Notes: generated by a model not told the origin, from the letters alone. A DNA stretch of 63,829 bases, filler included, from Octopus bimaculoides (GCF_001194135.2; 4 parts of 4 records of this genome joined end to end with filler, not necessarily neighbours in it), one strand, 5' to 3'; positions 10,656 to 25,821 are shown, counted from the whole stretch's first letter. A program made the numbers and translations.

Positions 10656-11394
10656 TAACAGTGAAAAGAAAACTTTTAAGTATACGTACATACATATATA
10701 CATACATAACATGCATGCGTACATACATACATGTATACATATATGCATACATACATGTATGTATAGACACATATACGCACACGCACGCACAAACACACGC
10801 AAGCACCCACACATACATACACACATTATTTGGGGCTGAACTTCATTTATTGTTCCCATTTCGATTCGTAACCTGATTTGCATTTTGCCATAATAATAAT
10901 TCTTTTTATATATTAATTATTCATAACGGTTTTATGTATTTAATAAGTCTAAATGTTATTAAGAATGTTGGACTGCTGTAGTCAATGAAGAATAAGATAT
11001 TACAATAAAAGTAGGATAGGTTTACACATTATAAATTAAATCTAACTTGCATATCATCGCATATAACTTCTTTCGCCCAATGAACTTTCTTTACGTACAA
11101 AGTTTGTGAGAAAGATTTCTATTAAAAACCGTCGATTAGTGTGATTTATCCTACACTGACCGATATAGGATCAGTAAGCATATCTGTGATAAAATAATCC
11201 CCGAAATATAAAAAAGAATACGTTTCGCCATCATCTCTTTGGAATTAGACACTGGAAGTGATTAAACGGTTGAACAGATGCAAATGTTCTCAGCTCGACA
11301 TTTGTAACTATTACTCATCGATCAACCAATTTAACTAGGCAATCAATTACGCTAAATCTATCACAAACATCATGGAGAAAGAAACTGAAAAAAT

Positions 11395-11571
11395 TACGAT
11401 CTCGAAATATGATTATCAAATATAATGGTACCGTATGGTTCAATAAAAACTTTGTTACTAAGGGTGGTCAGCCAACTTTGTTAGACTTTACATATTTTAA
11501 ATTACTAAATAATGTCAACCCAAGTGCAAGCGACAGGTTGAAAAAAGTCCTCTTTAAGGCCTTAAGTTTCT
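11395..11571 (+). mobile_element. Possible Penelope-like element N-terminal remnant
   Basis: LRSRNMIIKYNGTVWFNKNFVTKGGQPT resembles the 'I/V-W-FNK-x-C...P' N-terminal motif recalled from invertebrate PLEs; weak. Confidence 0.3.
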
Positions 11572-12482
11572 AAATAAGCATTGAAGCTTTTCAATTGTCG
11601 GGATGTTACACTAGATTTATCCAACTCTCTTTATTACCTTAACCACTAACGTAACGAATTGGTAAATAATACATAAACTTTCTAACCATATCAGACATAT
11701 TATCAACTACCTGACTCTGAACACCTATGTCAGGCTTTTTTAGGATTCGACTAATGATCAAAATTTCCACATTGCATCCTAGTTTTAAAATGATGTCCTG
11801 CCTTGAAGCAACTTTAAGGATTAAATCTATTACTTAACATCTAAATCGTGCCGTTATAAAAACAAAAATAAGATAAGAAACATAACCTTCTACTTGTCTC
11901 ACTTAAACCATAAATACCACAGTTATATAATAAAAATACTGTCAAGCATTATTTTGTTATTCCAAACTTAACTTAGCATATTAGATAACCTCTAAACGTA
12001 GTAAACATAAAGCCGTTAACCAATAAAGTACCAGCACCTTACATTCTGGAAGCAAAATGAACGCCTAAAGATTTTGGGTACCAATATTTGGTCACTAATA
12101 CAGGCAACATCAAGGCTTACGCAATTATGACCTCAAATATGAATATAATTTTGACGTGTATTCCTTTAAAAACCACGACAGATGTCTTTGGCATCAAACA
12201 TTTGGTAGTTAAAGAAAGTTCCAATGTTATATCATCCTAAAGTGAGTGTACTCTCTAGACCTAAAGCATAACAGGAGAATGATAACTTTTGTAAAGTGTG
12301 GACCATGTAGAGCTTCCAGAATTTTTTTTCTAAAGACCATACTATTGAAATGTTATTTACAAAAGGTTCTGAACTACATATATCATTTCTGTATTCAGGT
12401 CACCAACTACAGACCTGGTTTCATAACAATGTTTTCCTTCTCCTTTGGAACAGCCACGACATATCGATGAAGGTGAAAGTCG

Positions 12483-12650
12483 ATGATTTTGACATCATTC
12501 TTTGATGGTGCTGAATATTGGACCCTGTACCGAACACGCATCAATCAGCTTGACGCTTTTCATATGCGATGCTTGCGTACTATCTTCAACATAAAACCAA
12601 GCGATCATATTAATAACAGTAAGGTTCTTAAAGAATGCAACATATCAGTT
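12483..12650 (+). mobile_element. RTE-clade LINE, post-RT fragment (truncated by gap)
   Basis: DGAEYWTLYRTRINQLDAFHMRCLRTIFNIKPSDHINNSKVL matches the RTE motif YGCETWTLYR..L..FH.RCLR.I..I.W.D.I.N.EVL. Confidence 0.8.
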
Positions 12651-13333
12651 NNNNNNNNNNNNNNNNNNNNNNNNNNNNNNNNNNNNNNNNNNNNNNNNNN
12701 NNNNNNNNNNNNNNNNNNNNNNNNNNNNNNNNNNNNNNNNNNNNNNNNNNNNNNNNNNNNNNNNNNNNNNNNNNNNNNNNNNNNNNNNNNNNNNNNNNNN
12801 NNNNNNNNNNNNNNNNNNNNNNNNNNNNNNNNNNNNNNNNNNNNNNNNNNNNNNNNNNNNNNNNNNNNNNNNNNNNNNNNNNNNNNNNNNNNNNNNNNNN
12901 NNNNNNNNNNNNNNNNNNNNNNNNNNNNNNNNNNNNNNNNNNNNNNNNNNNNNNNNNNNNNNNNNNNNNNNNNNNNNNNNNNNNNNNNNNNNNNNNNNNN
13001 NNNNNNNNNNNNNNNNNNNNNNNNNNNNNNNNNNNNNNNNNNNNNNNNNNNNNNNNNNNNNNNNNNNNNNNNNNNNNNNNNNNNNNNNNNNNNNNNNNNN
13101 NNNNNNNNNNNNNNNNNNNNNNNNNNNNNNNNNNNNNNNNNNNNNNNNNNNNNNNNNNNNNNNNNNNNNNNNNNNNNNNNNNNNNNNNNNNNNNNNNNNN
13201 NNNNNNNNNNNNNNNNNNNNNNNNNNNNNNNNNNNNNNNNNNNNNNNNNNNNNNNNNNNNNNNNNNNNNNNNNNNNNNNNNNNNNNNNNNNNNNNNNNNN
13301 NNNNNNNNNNNNNNNNNNNNNNNNNNNNNNTAT

Positions 13334-13563
13334 ATAGAAGAAGACCACCTATGGTCTGACCACGTAGAAAAGATTGTTCTCGAGAACATTCACCAAACAC
13401 CAGAACGTAAGCGAGCAAGACAAATGAAAAGATACAAAATATATTTTATATTTTATATTTTGTATCTTTTCATTTGTCTTGCTCGGTTACGTTCTGGTGT
13501 TTGCTGAATTTTCTTGAGAACAATCTTTTCTTAGTGGTTAGACCATAGGTGGTCTTCTTCTAT
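13334..13563. repeat. Long foldback inverted repeat (~107-bp arms, 14-nt spacer)
   Basis: 13335-13441 vs the reverse complement of 13456-13562: 7 mismatches, no indels; spacer tattttatatttta. Confidence 0.95.
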
Positions 13564-14066
13564 CATAATGGATGCCCACTTAGTGGTCATCCCTCTTATA
13601 TGTATGTAATATAATTTTTCTGAATCTTCAGATTTTTCAATATGCTAGGTCATATATATATAGGCCATATATATATTGTCAACATGTACACTACTTAAGA
13701 ACATTTCTAAGAGATGAATCTATAATTTTCTTTGATGTGTATTCATTCTGCTTGGCTGATATAATTCTCATTGAATTATGTGTGAGTGTATATGCGTGTG
13801 AGAGTGTATTTATGTATCTGTTTTACTGCGTTTGTTTGCAATATTGTTACTGCTTGTATGTCACTACTGTGTCAGTTACTGTATGTGGCGTGAGCTTTTT
13901 GCCACATAGAACCGGGTCTGAAAATATTCGGTTGCAAAATGGTCAAAGACAAGAGAAATACCAACATTTCCTCTTCAAATTATATTATCACAAATCTGAA
14001 CAATATTTGGTTCATCGAACCAACTTTTACTGAACATATAGAGAATCGAAACGGAATCAATTTTAT

Positions 14067-14152
<86 letters not shown>

Positions 14153-14164
14153 TACACGGTACAA

Positions 14165-15274
14165 CTTAACTGGACTCTAAACGATTTAATCAAACTAGAC
14201 AGGAAACAAGAAAAATAATGATAGAAATTAGGATACACCACCCAAAACAGACATAGAAAGGTTATATATACAACGTATAGAAGGTGGTAGAGGTCATATA
14301 TAGATGGAAAATTATTATAAAATAACAACCATAGGATTACACAAATACCTAATTCATAAGCAAGGAAAACTGACACAAGTAACCACAAAACACGATCAAA
14401 ATAACAAAAAAAAAAAAACTGTTTTCAGTCTTTAAGGAAACTGAAAAATACAAGAAAGAAGTTATAGTGCCTAAGAGCTATGGAGAGAAAAGGAAACAAC
14501 AAAAGCTTTAAAACAACTGAAATCCAAACTGAAGCTGGCGCAACAACGTATCATGATAATACAATGGCAAAAAATCTCCCTGTATAGAGAATATTGGGTT
14601 AAGCTAAACAAAAGGGAAATAGGCAAAGTAGAATCCCAACAATAGTTAAGAAGCTCAGCACTCAAAGTAAAGAATAAAGACTTTTAATTGCTGCACAAGA
14701 TCAAATCCTTCCCATCAGAAATCACTAAAACCACTTAATGGAAAAAAAGTACAAGTAATTGCAGAATATGTGGTGATGGAGAAGAAACAATAAATCATAT
14801 TGTCTGTGGCTGCCTAGTCCTGACTAAGAAGGCATATATTCACAGACATGACAGGGTTGGGACCTACATACACTGGAAGCTATATCGACACTATGAAATG
14901 ACAACAAAAAAAGATGATATAGGCACACCTTAGAAAAGGTCTCGGAAAATGAGAAAGCAACCATAGTCTGGGATATGGCAATACACACAGATAGAGAAAT
15001 CAAGGCTAATAGACCGGATATAGTTGTCAGAGATCACCAAGAGAAAAATGTCTCCTAACAGATGTATCAATACCAAGAGATGACAATGTATCTGTAAAAG
15101 AAACGGAGAAACTATCAAAATACAAAGATCTGAAAATAGGCACCGCGACCATCCTGCGTAAAACGCTTTCAATACAGTGAAAATAATAGCACCACAAGAA
15201 ACCGCAACACATACCCAAGGCACACGAAGCTGCGCTCGGTAGTGCAGTGAATGCACGTGATAAAAATAAGACTA

Positions 15275-15277
<3 letters not shown>
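14165..15277 (+). mobile_element. R4/Dong-type RLE LINE, 3' part, decayed (copy A)
   Basis: LDRK..HHPK.DIERLY..EGGRG, CRICGDGEETINHIVCGC (CCHC knuckle), ANRPDIVVRD..DVSIP (PD-D nuclease), ILRKTLSIQ*; 3' end abuts (AAT)n 15278-15326. Confidence 0.85.
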
Positions 15278-15326
<49 letters not shown>

Positions 15327-15560
15327 GGTGCCCTGGGAATGACACCGAAACGGGCTGATTACTACCTAGCTCAGATACCAGGAAACCCCAAAATGGCTGA
15401 AGTTCAAAAGATAGTGCTCATGGGAACTGCCCATATCCTACGTAAAATACTGTCTATGTGATCTCAAATTTTAAAACAAACACATAATTTTCTTATGGTT
15501 TCTTAAACATTCTCTTGAACAACACTATGTACAAATCCAAATATATGGTACCCTAGGCAT
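15327..15560 (+). mobile_element. R4/Dong-type LINE 3' end, 5'-truncated (copy B, same subfamily as D)
   Basis: GALGMTPKRADYYLAQIPGNPKMAEVQKIVLMGTAHILRKILSM*; near-identical to 18432-18640; runs into a gap. Confidence 0.85.
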
Positions 15561-16395
15561 NNNNNNNNNNNNNNNNNNNNNNNNNNNNNNNNNNNNNNNN
15601 NNNNNNNNNNNNNNNNNNNNNNNNNNNNNNNNNNNNNNNNNNNNNNNNNNNNNNNNNNNNNNNNNNNNNNNNNNNNNNNNNNNNNNNNNNNNNNNNNNNN
15701 NNNNNNNNNNNNNNNNNNNNNNNNNNNNNNNNNNNNNNNNNNNNNNNNNNNNNNNNNNNNNNNNNNNNNNNNNNNNNNNNNNNNNNNNNNNNNNNNNNNN
15801 NNNNNNNNNNNNNNNNNNNNNNNNNNNNNNNNNNNNNNNNNNNNNNNNNNNNNNNNNNNNNNNNNNNNNNNNNNNNNNNNNNNNNNNNNNNNNNNNNNNN
15901 NNNNNNNNNNNNNNNNNNNNNNNNNNNNNNNNNNNNNNNNNNNNNNNNNNNNNNNNNNNNNNNNNNNNNNNNNNNNNNNNNNNNNNNNNNNNNNNNNNNN
16001 NNNNNNNNNNNNNNNNNNNNNNNNNNNNNNNNNNNNNNNNNNNNNNNNNNNNNNNNNNNNNNNNNNNNNNNNNNNNNNNNNNNNNNNNNNNNNNNNNNNN
16101 NNNNNNNNNNNNNNNNNNNNNNNNNNNNNNNNNNNNNNNNNNNNNNNNNNNNNNNNNNNNNNNNNNNNNNNNNNNNNNNNNNNNNNNNNNNNNNNNNNNN
16201 NNNNNNNNNNNNNNNNNNNNNNNNNNNNNNNNNNNNNNNNNNNNNNNNNNNNNNNNNNNNNNNNNNNNNNNNNNNNNNNNNNNNNNNNNNNNNNNNNNNN
16301 NNNNNNNNNNNNNNNNNNNNNNNNNNNNNNNNNNNNNNNNNNNNNNNNNNNNNNNNNNNNNNNNNNNNNNNNNNNNNNNNNNNNNNNNNNNNNNN

Positions 16396-16717
16396 NTAAA
16401 AGAAATGGAAAAACTTTCAAAATACAAAGACCTGGAAATAGACGTAACTCGAATGTGGAATCTAAAAACAGAAACAATTCCTATTATAGTAGGTATAATA
16501 AAAAAATATTCAGACAAATACATAACAAAAACACCAGGACTTACAAATATGTATAACATACAGAAAATTGTACTACTGGGCACTGCACACATCCTACGCA
16601 AAACACTTTCAATACAGTAAACATAAGAGCACCACAGCAAACCACAGCACATACCCAAGGCGCACAGAGCTGCGCTCGGTAGTGAAGTGAAAGCACGTTA
16701 TAAAAATAAAACTACTG
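16396..16717 (+). mobile_element. R4/Dong-type LINE 3' end (copy C, same subfamily as A)
   Basis: EKLSKYKDLEIDVTRMWNLKT..GTAHILRKTLSIQ*; 3' UTR matches 15180-15277; followed by a short (AAT)n. Confidence 0.85.
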
Positions 16718-16733
16718 AAGAATAATAATAATA

Positions 16734-18860
<2,127 letters not shown>

Positions 18861-18863
18861 TAA

Positions 18864-19710
18864 CATGCATGATAAACGACAGGGCATGTCCCGGTGACAA
18901 TAAGATCAAAGAGAAAGAAGTAAAATAAACTATGACGATTTGAAATGGGAAATACGAAGGTTGTGGTCAATGAGGAGAGTAGACGTGATACCAATATTAC
19001 TTAACTCATTTGGAAGTATCAGCACTCAACTACCGGCATGGCTCAAATAGAGTGATACAAGTGTGAAGGTAGAACACCTACAAAAATGAGCGTTGCTTGG
19101 AACTGCTAGAATTCTTCACATAGTTCTTGAAGCATGACCAGTAAACAAGTGTCACCTTAGTCTGCTGCCTGTGGACAGCTGACACTTACCATCCTAGCCT
19201 GTAAAATAAGCTGTGAGTTTTCATCACATGACATTAATAATAGATGTCCTGATGCAGTACCAGGTACTGGCTCTCATGGCTTCTGATCTTAACTCATTGG
19301 AAGTGTTATCATGTACATGTTTTGTCTTAGTATAAAAGATAGGCTACAGCAAATATTCTGCTCAGTGCCACAGATTTGCTTGTCAGTTGTTTGACCGTAA
19401 CCAGTTGAGCATGTCCCTTGGTAGGTGACGATATGTGCATCTCTGATCACAAACAGAAGTAGTTGTTGAGCATCATAGTCATGTGTTGAGAGGAATTCTT
19501 TAGAGTTTGAATAATTCACCTCTGGAAACATGGGTGTTTCGTTCAACATCCTTAAACAATCCTTATTCAGGAACTTTTTGAGCAGGATGGTCTACTCGAC
19601 CTGAAGAAAATTCTAACTGGTCCCTACCTGTCAGGTCATGCGCTGTTTATCTTGATATGGGATCACCATGTAACACGCATATGGTTGTGCTGCATGTGCC
19701 TGGCGTAGCC
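18864..19710 (+). mobile_element. R4/Dong-type LINE 3' end with long 3' UTR (copy E, third subfamily)
   Basis: ACPGDNKIKEKE..YDDLKWEIRRLW..VIPI..ALLGTARILHIVLEA* (TGA 19135-19137). About 570 nt of presumed UTR follows, then (AAC)n(AAT)n 19711-19787. UTR segment 19679-19707 recurs at 29204-29228 and, inverted, at 58771-58799. Confidence 0.75.
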
Positions 19711-19737
19711 AACAACAACAACAACAATAACAATAAC

Positions 19738-19787
<50 letters not shown>

Positions 19788-19789
<2 letters not shown>

Positions 19790-21453
19790 TCATTTTTCGA
19801 AAAATGTCAATGAAATTCTGAAATACATCAGAACAAACAACACAGAAACAAATAATTTGATCAAGGCAGCAAGATTTGTTGTGACAGAAAATGTGGGTGT
19901 TGATGTTAAGAACAAGAAATATAATGGAAGTGACAAAAGAAAAGATCCATGGTGGAAAAGAAGAATACAGGAAGGGCTAGTTATGCTCCCGAAGGAAATT
20001 TAGACCGAAAAGAGAAAGGGGAGTTTAAAAGCGAACAAAAATACAGGGCGCTGAAAAGGAAGTATAATATTGAAAGAAAGGGCCTGAAAGTGGTAATGGA
20101 GGAACTGAAACAATGCCTCGTTGCAAAGAAAGCAAAGATGGTAAGATACGACCAAAGAGTAAAGGGTTACCACCAGAATAGGTTATTCAGAGTAGATCAG
20201 AAGAGATTCTATAAAGAAATAAATAGAGAGTGTACTGATGAAAAGTTGATACCAGATAACAAAGAAAGTCAAAGGTGACATCTGGAGCAAAGACAAGGAG
20301 CACAAGGATGCTGAATGGTTTCAAGAACTGAAACAAACAGTAGTCTGCCCCAAACAGGCAGAACTAGACATTTTAGTTGGGAAGTGAAGGAAATCAGCAA
20401 AAAATGAGCAACTGGAAAGCTCCGGGACTAGATGGAGTTCAAGGCTACTGGATCAAATGATTTGGTGAATGTCATGCACGATTAGCTGCGCAACTCAACA
20501 CCTTGTTAAATGCCGACCAAGCAACACCAGAGTGGTTGACATTAGATAGGACAGTGATGTGCTTCAAAAACATCGAAAAAAGCAATACGGTAGACAATTA
20601 CAGGCCGATATCCTGTTTGCCACTAATGTGGAAATTATTGTACGAACATCTGGAAAAAATGGAGTCCTGCCACATGAGCAGAAGGGTTGCAAGCGTAAGT
20701 GCAGATGTACCAAGGATCAACTTCTGATAGACAAAACTGTACTTAGATACTGCAAGAGGAGGAAAACTAACTTAGCCATCTCTTGGATCGACTATCGTAA
20801 TGCGTACGATATGATCCCACACTCTTGGATAATGGAATGTATGAACCTATTTGATATTGCATCGAATGTTGAGCGAATTCTTGGAAAAAGTATGGTGAAT
20901 TGGAGGACGGACCTGTCAGCATAAGGAAAAGGTTTAGAGACAGTAGAAATCAGGAGGGGCATCTTCCAAGGGTACTGCCTGTCCCCACTGATTTTTGTAC
21001 TGTGCTTGATACCACTAACACTGATTCTGAGGAAAGCAAAAGCTGGGTATGTATTCAAAGGTCGTCAACAAAATGTCAACCATTTGTTATTCATGGATGA
21101 CATCAAACTTTATGGTAAAGACGAAGCCCAAGTCAGCTCCCTCGTTGATATCAGTGCTGATATCAGAATGGAGTTCCGACTGAGAAAGTGTGGTGTGTTA
21201 GTCGTGAAGAGAGGCAAAATCAAATTTATGAAAGGGCTATCGATGCCGTCGGGTGAGGTTATGAAGCAGATAGAAGAGACGGGCTATAAGCACTTGGGGA
21301 TTTTTGGAAACGGATAAATTGATGGAGAAAGAAATGACAGAAAAATTTAGGGCGGAGTACTTGCGCAGACTGAGACTGATCCTAAGTCGAAATTAAACGG
21401 ACGGAATAAGATTGAAGCTATCAACATCTGGGCGGTTTCACTCCTTAGATATG
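19788..21453 (+). mobile_element. R4/Dong-type LINE, pre-RT and RT region, decayed (copy F; cut by gap)
   Basis: [92 protein letters not shown]. Confidence 0.92.
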
Positions 21454-22416
21454 NNNNNNNNNNNNNNNNNNNNNNNNNNNNNNNNNNNNNNNNNNNNNNN
21501 NNNNNNNNNNNNNNNNNNNNNNNNNNNNNNNNNNNNNNNNNNNNNNNNNNNNNNNNNNNNNNNNNNNNNNNNNNNNNNNNNNNNNNNNNNNNNNNNNNNN
21601 NNNNNNNNNNNNNNNNNNNNNNNNNNNNNNNNNNNNNNNNNNNNNNNNNNNNNNNNNNNNNNNNNNNNNNNNNNNNNNNNNNNNNNNNNNNNNNNNNNNN
21701 NNNNNNNNNNNNNNNNNNNNNNNNNNNNNNNNNNNNNNNNNNNNNNNNNNNNNNNNNNNNNNNNNNNNNNNNNNNNNNNNNNNNNNNNNNNNNNNNNNNN
21801 NNNNNNNNNNNNNNNNNNNNNNNNNNNNNNNNNNNNNNNNNNNNNNNNNNNNNNNNNNNNNNNNNNNNNNNNNNNNNNNNNNNNNNNNNNNNNNNNNNNN
21901 NNNNNNNNNNNNNNNNNNNNNNNNNNNNNNNNNNNNNNNNNNNNNNNNNNNNNNNNNNNNNNNNNNNNNNNNNNNNNNNNNNNNNNNNNNNNNNNNNNNN
22001 NNNNNNNNNNNNNNNNNNNNNNNNNNNNNNNNNNNNNNNNNNNNNNNNNNNNNNNNNNNNNNNNNNNNNNNNNNNNNNNNNNNNNNNNNNNNNNNNNNNN
22101 NNNNNNNNNNNNNNNNNNNNNNNNNNNNNNNNNNNNNNNNNNNNNNNNNNNNNNNNNNNNNNNNNNNNNNNNNNNNNNNNNNNNNNNNNNNNNNNNNNNN
22201 NNNNNNNNNNNNNNNNNNNNNNNNNNNNNNNNNNNNNNNNNNNNNNNNNNNNNNNNNNNNNNNNNNNNNNNNNNNNNNNNNNNNNNNNNNNNNNNNNNNN
22301 NNNNNNNNNNNNNNNNNNNNNNNNNNNNNNNNNNNNNNNNNNNNNNNNNNNNNNNNNNNNNNNNNNNNNNNNNNNNNNNNNNNNNNNNNNNNNNNNNNNN
22401 NNNNNNNNNNNNNNNN

Positions 22417-22448
<32 letters not shown>

Positions 22449-22793
22449 TTAAGAGATGTGATGATAAAGGAATGAACCATTACCTTTTGAATTTATTAGC
22501 CTACATTTGTTTCAGCTATAAGATGCTGTGAACTCATTGGTAGATACCTGAATAACACCTAATGTATGGACTCACTCAGGCACCCAACTACGAGTCCACT
22601 GCACCTTATAGTAGAAACAGTTGTAAGCTAATCAAGTTCATAAAATAAACGCTTATTCTTTTGTCAACTCATTCTGTGTATGAGTGCAAGGATGTTGAGT
22701 GCCTGTGTATGGGTGCGAGGGTGTTGAGCGCGTGTGTGTGTGGGTGTGCATGTGGGTATACCCGTGTATGCGGGTATATATATATGTATATGT

Positions 22794-22863
<70 letters not shown>

Positions 22864-23714
22864 NNNNNNNNNNNNNNNNNNNNNNNNNNNNNNNNNNNNN
22901 NNNNNNNNNNNNNNNNNNNNNNNNNNNNNNNNNNNNNNNNNNNNNNNNNNNNNNNNNNNNNNNNNNNNNNNNNNNNNNNNNNNNNNNNNNNNNNNNNNNN
23001 NNNNNNNNNNNNNNNNNNNNNNNNNNNNNNNNNNNNNNNNNNNNNNNNNNNNNNNNNNNNNNNNNNNNNNNNNNNNNNNNNNNNNNNNNNNNNNNNNNNN
23101 NNNNNNNNNNNNNNNNNNNNNNNNNNNNNNNNNNNNNNNNNNNNNNNNNNNNNNNNNNNNNNNNNNNNNNNNNNNNNNNNNNNNNNNNNNNNNNNNNNNN
23201 NNNNNNNNNNNNNNNNNNNNNNNNNNNNNNNNNNNNNNNNNNNNNNNNNNNNNNNNNNNNNNNNNNNNNNNNNNNNNNNNNNNNNNNNNNNNNNNNNNNN
23301 NNNNNNNNNNNNNNNNNNNNNNNNNNNNNNNNNNNNNNNNNNNNNNNNNNNNNNNNNNNNNNNNNNNNNNNNNNNNNNNNNNNNNNNNNNNNNNNNNNNN
23401 NNNNNNNNNNNNNNNNNNNNNNNNNNNNNNNNNNNNNNNNNNNNNNNNNNNNNNNNNNNNNNNNNNNNNNNNNNNNNNNNNNNNNNNNNNNNNNNNNNNN
23501 NNNNNNNNNNNNNNNNNNNNNNNNNNNNNNNNNNNNNNNNNNNNNNNNNNNNNNNNNNNNNNNNNNNNNNNNNNNNNNNNNNNNNNNNNNNNNNNNNNNN
23601 NNNNNNNNNNNNNNNNNNNNNNNNNNNNNNNNNNNNNNNNNNNNNNNNNNNNNNNNNNNNNNNNNNNNNNNNNNNNNNNTATATATATATATATTGACTG
23701 CTAGCTATTAAACT

Positions 23715-23852
23715 TTTCTTTTTTTTATTCTCTCTCTGTTTATTTTCTCATGTTCCTTTCTGTTGAAGAGCGTAGGCTCGAAACGTAAAAGACTTTCTCA
23801 CCTTTCCGAGCATTAAACTAATACACCTGTTTGTTGTTTACACACCTGTCTT
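23715..23852 (+). mobile_element. Short dispersed repeat (family C) with a minimal hammerhead-like fold
   Basis: cttt-CTGTTGA-a-gagc-gtag-gctc-GAAA-cg-ta-aaag at 23756-23791. Homologous copy inverted at 41145-41300, more decayed copy near 49885-49985, and a fragment at 24542-24578. Confidence 0.6.
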
Positions 23853-24323
23853 ATAAATATACATACATACACACATAAAGTGTTTAAAAAATCTCTCCGC
23901 AGTATTTTATTGCAAAAATAAATATTTATACGAGAGTATAAGAGGTGCTGAAAGTGTCGTCCTTTATTTTCACTCTACTACACATGGTTTGAAATACATC
24001 TTGGAGAGATCGAGTGAAGGTTATGATTACGTGTTTTAGCTCATTAATGCTTTCGGGCGATTATTGTACAATGATCCATTACTCGCTCCCAGAAAAAAAA
24101 GTCTGGCGGTGCTAAATCAGGTGATCTTAGTGGGCAAAAAGTCCCTTAGAAATAATGCGTTCCCCGAAAAACTCTTGAAGTAGCACCATGGTGATGCGTG
24201 AAGTATGCACATGCGCAGGATGAAAAATTTCATTGCGGAAAGACTTTTTGAGCACCCGTGTGTGTGTATGAGTATGTGTGCACACGTGTGTGTGTCTATC
24301 TATCTATCTCTCTCTCTCTCTCC

Positions 24324-24386
<63 letters not shown>

Positions 24387-24399
24387 CTCCCCCCTCTCT

Positions 24400-24650
24400 T
24401 AACAAACGGTGTTGCTGCATTTACGTCTCCGGTTTACCGGTTCAGCAAAAGTGTCCGATAGAATAAGTACCAGGCTTAAAATAAACAAATTCTGGGGTCG
24501 ATTCATTCGACTAAAGATTCTTCTAATATATATATATAGTTGGAATTTACAAGAACACAAAAGACGAAGACAGGTGTATATAGATGTTATTATTGGTGTG
24601 TCGGAAGATAAATTTAAGGCGGTGCTGTCTAATGACTGAAATAATTAGAA
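24400..24650 (+). mobile_element. Family B SINE 3' half interrupted by a ~90-bp insertion
   Basis: ccgatagaataagtac.aggctta...ggggtcgatt..tcgactaaa and aaggcggtgc...aatgactgaaa match 26820-26920; foreign sequence at 24525-24615. Confidence 0.7.
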
Positions 24651-25790
24651 GATAGAAGATAAAATATATATACACACACATACACTAAAACTCTCTCTCT
24701 CTTTCTCTCTCTCTCACACGAGCACATACACACAGACATATACACTCGCGCACATGTTCATGTCGTACTCATACACATATATCCTTGTCCTGCATAGACA
24801 TTTGGGTGTGCCGAAACAAATATGTAAGTGCTTAATTATTCTCATGCCTATGTGTATACGCTTGTGTATGGGAATATATGTATACATATAGTCACACTTT
24901 TATGAGAGTATGAATCACATTTTATGAGCTCATACTTGCCGTACGCTCGTGTATATCTAGTAATCTAAATCTTAATACTAAATTCGTCAATTTGAAATAG
25001 AACTCTGCTCTTCCTAAATACATAATCACCCCACTTTTTCTCTCATTGTAGATTTTGGCTTTCATTGCCACCAAAACAAATTTTATCTAAGCAAAGATTC
25101 TTTACGGATAAACATACACCACACAACTCACACTAAACTACACTACAAACCGCTTCCTAAACAGACACTGTTTAATCTTTGTTGTTCTCTTCCATGACTT
25201 GTTTGAAATGAATAATTAAATAAATAAGTCTATGAATAATAATAATAATAAAAAGTACAATGTTATGCACTCAGAGACTATCTCCTCGAAAACAAACCGA
25301 TATATCTTCCTTATCTTATATCTTCCACATTACTCTACCCACCCGTGCATCACTGTATTGGCTGGTAAATTTAACTTATCTAGTCATAATTTTTTAATGA
25401 GCAAAACAAACATTGTCCAAATAAATTTATAAATAGCATGTCCATACTGATACACAAAGACGCACCACTCACAAACAAATACCAAACACTTACGCCCAAA
25501 ACCCAACCATACATCACACATTTCACGCTCTTCTGAATCATTCTCTATAACTACGAGCCCCATCTCTCAGGATCTCACACTTACAAAATTCTCACATCAT
25601 ATGAAAGAACTAGTAATATGGTAGATAGAGAGTGAATGCATACATTTCGGTATAAGTATGTATAAATTGTGTAATTGTATGTTTTGTGCATAATTTGCTT
25701 CTTTCCTATTTCCTTTCTCTCTCTTCTTTCTGTTTCCCCCTCTCTCAGGCAATGAACGTCTGGTGATACACACAAATACACACACACAGA

Positions 25791-25821
<31 letters not shown>

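Noticed and set aside
25051-25197. Exon candidate starting tgtag|ATTTTGGC (DFG, kinase-like)
   Set aside because: Sequence after DFG does not resemble an activation loop, there is no donor and no other kinase exons are seen.
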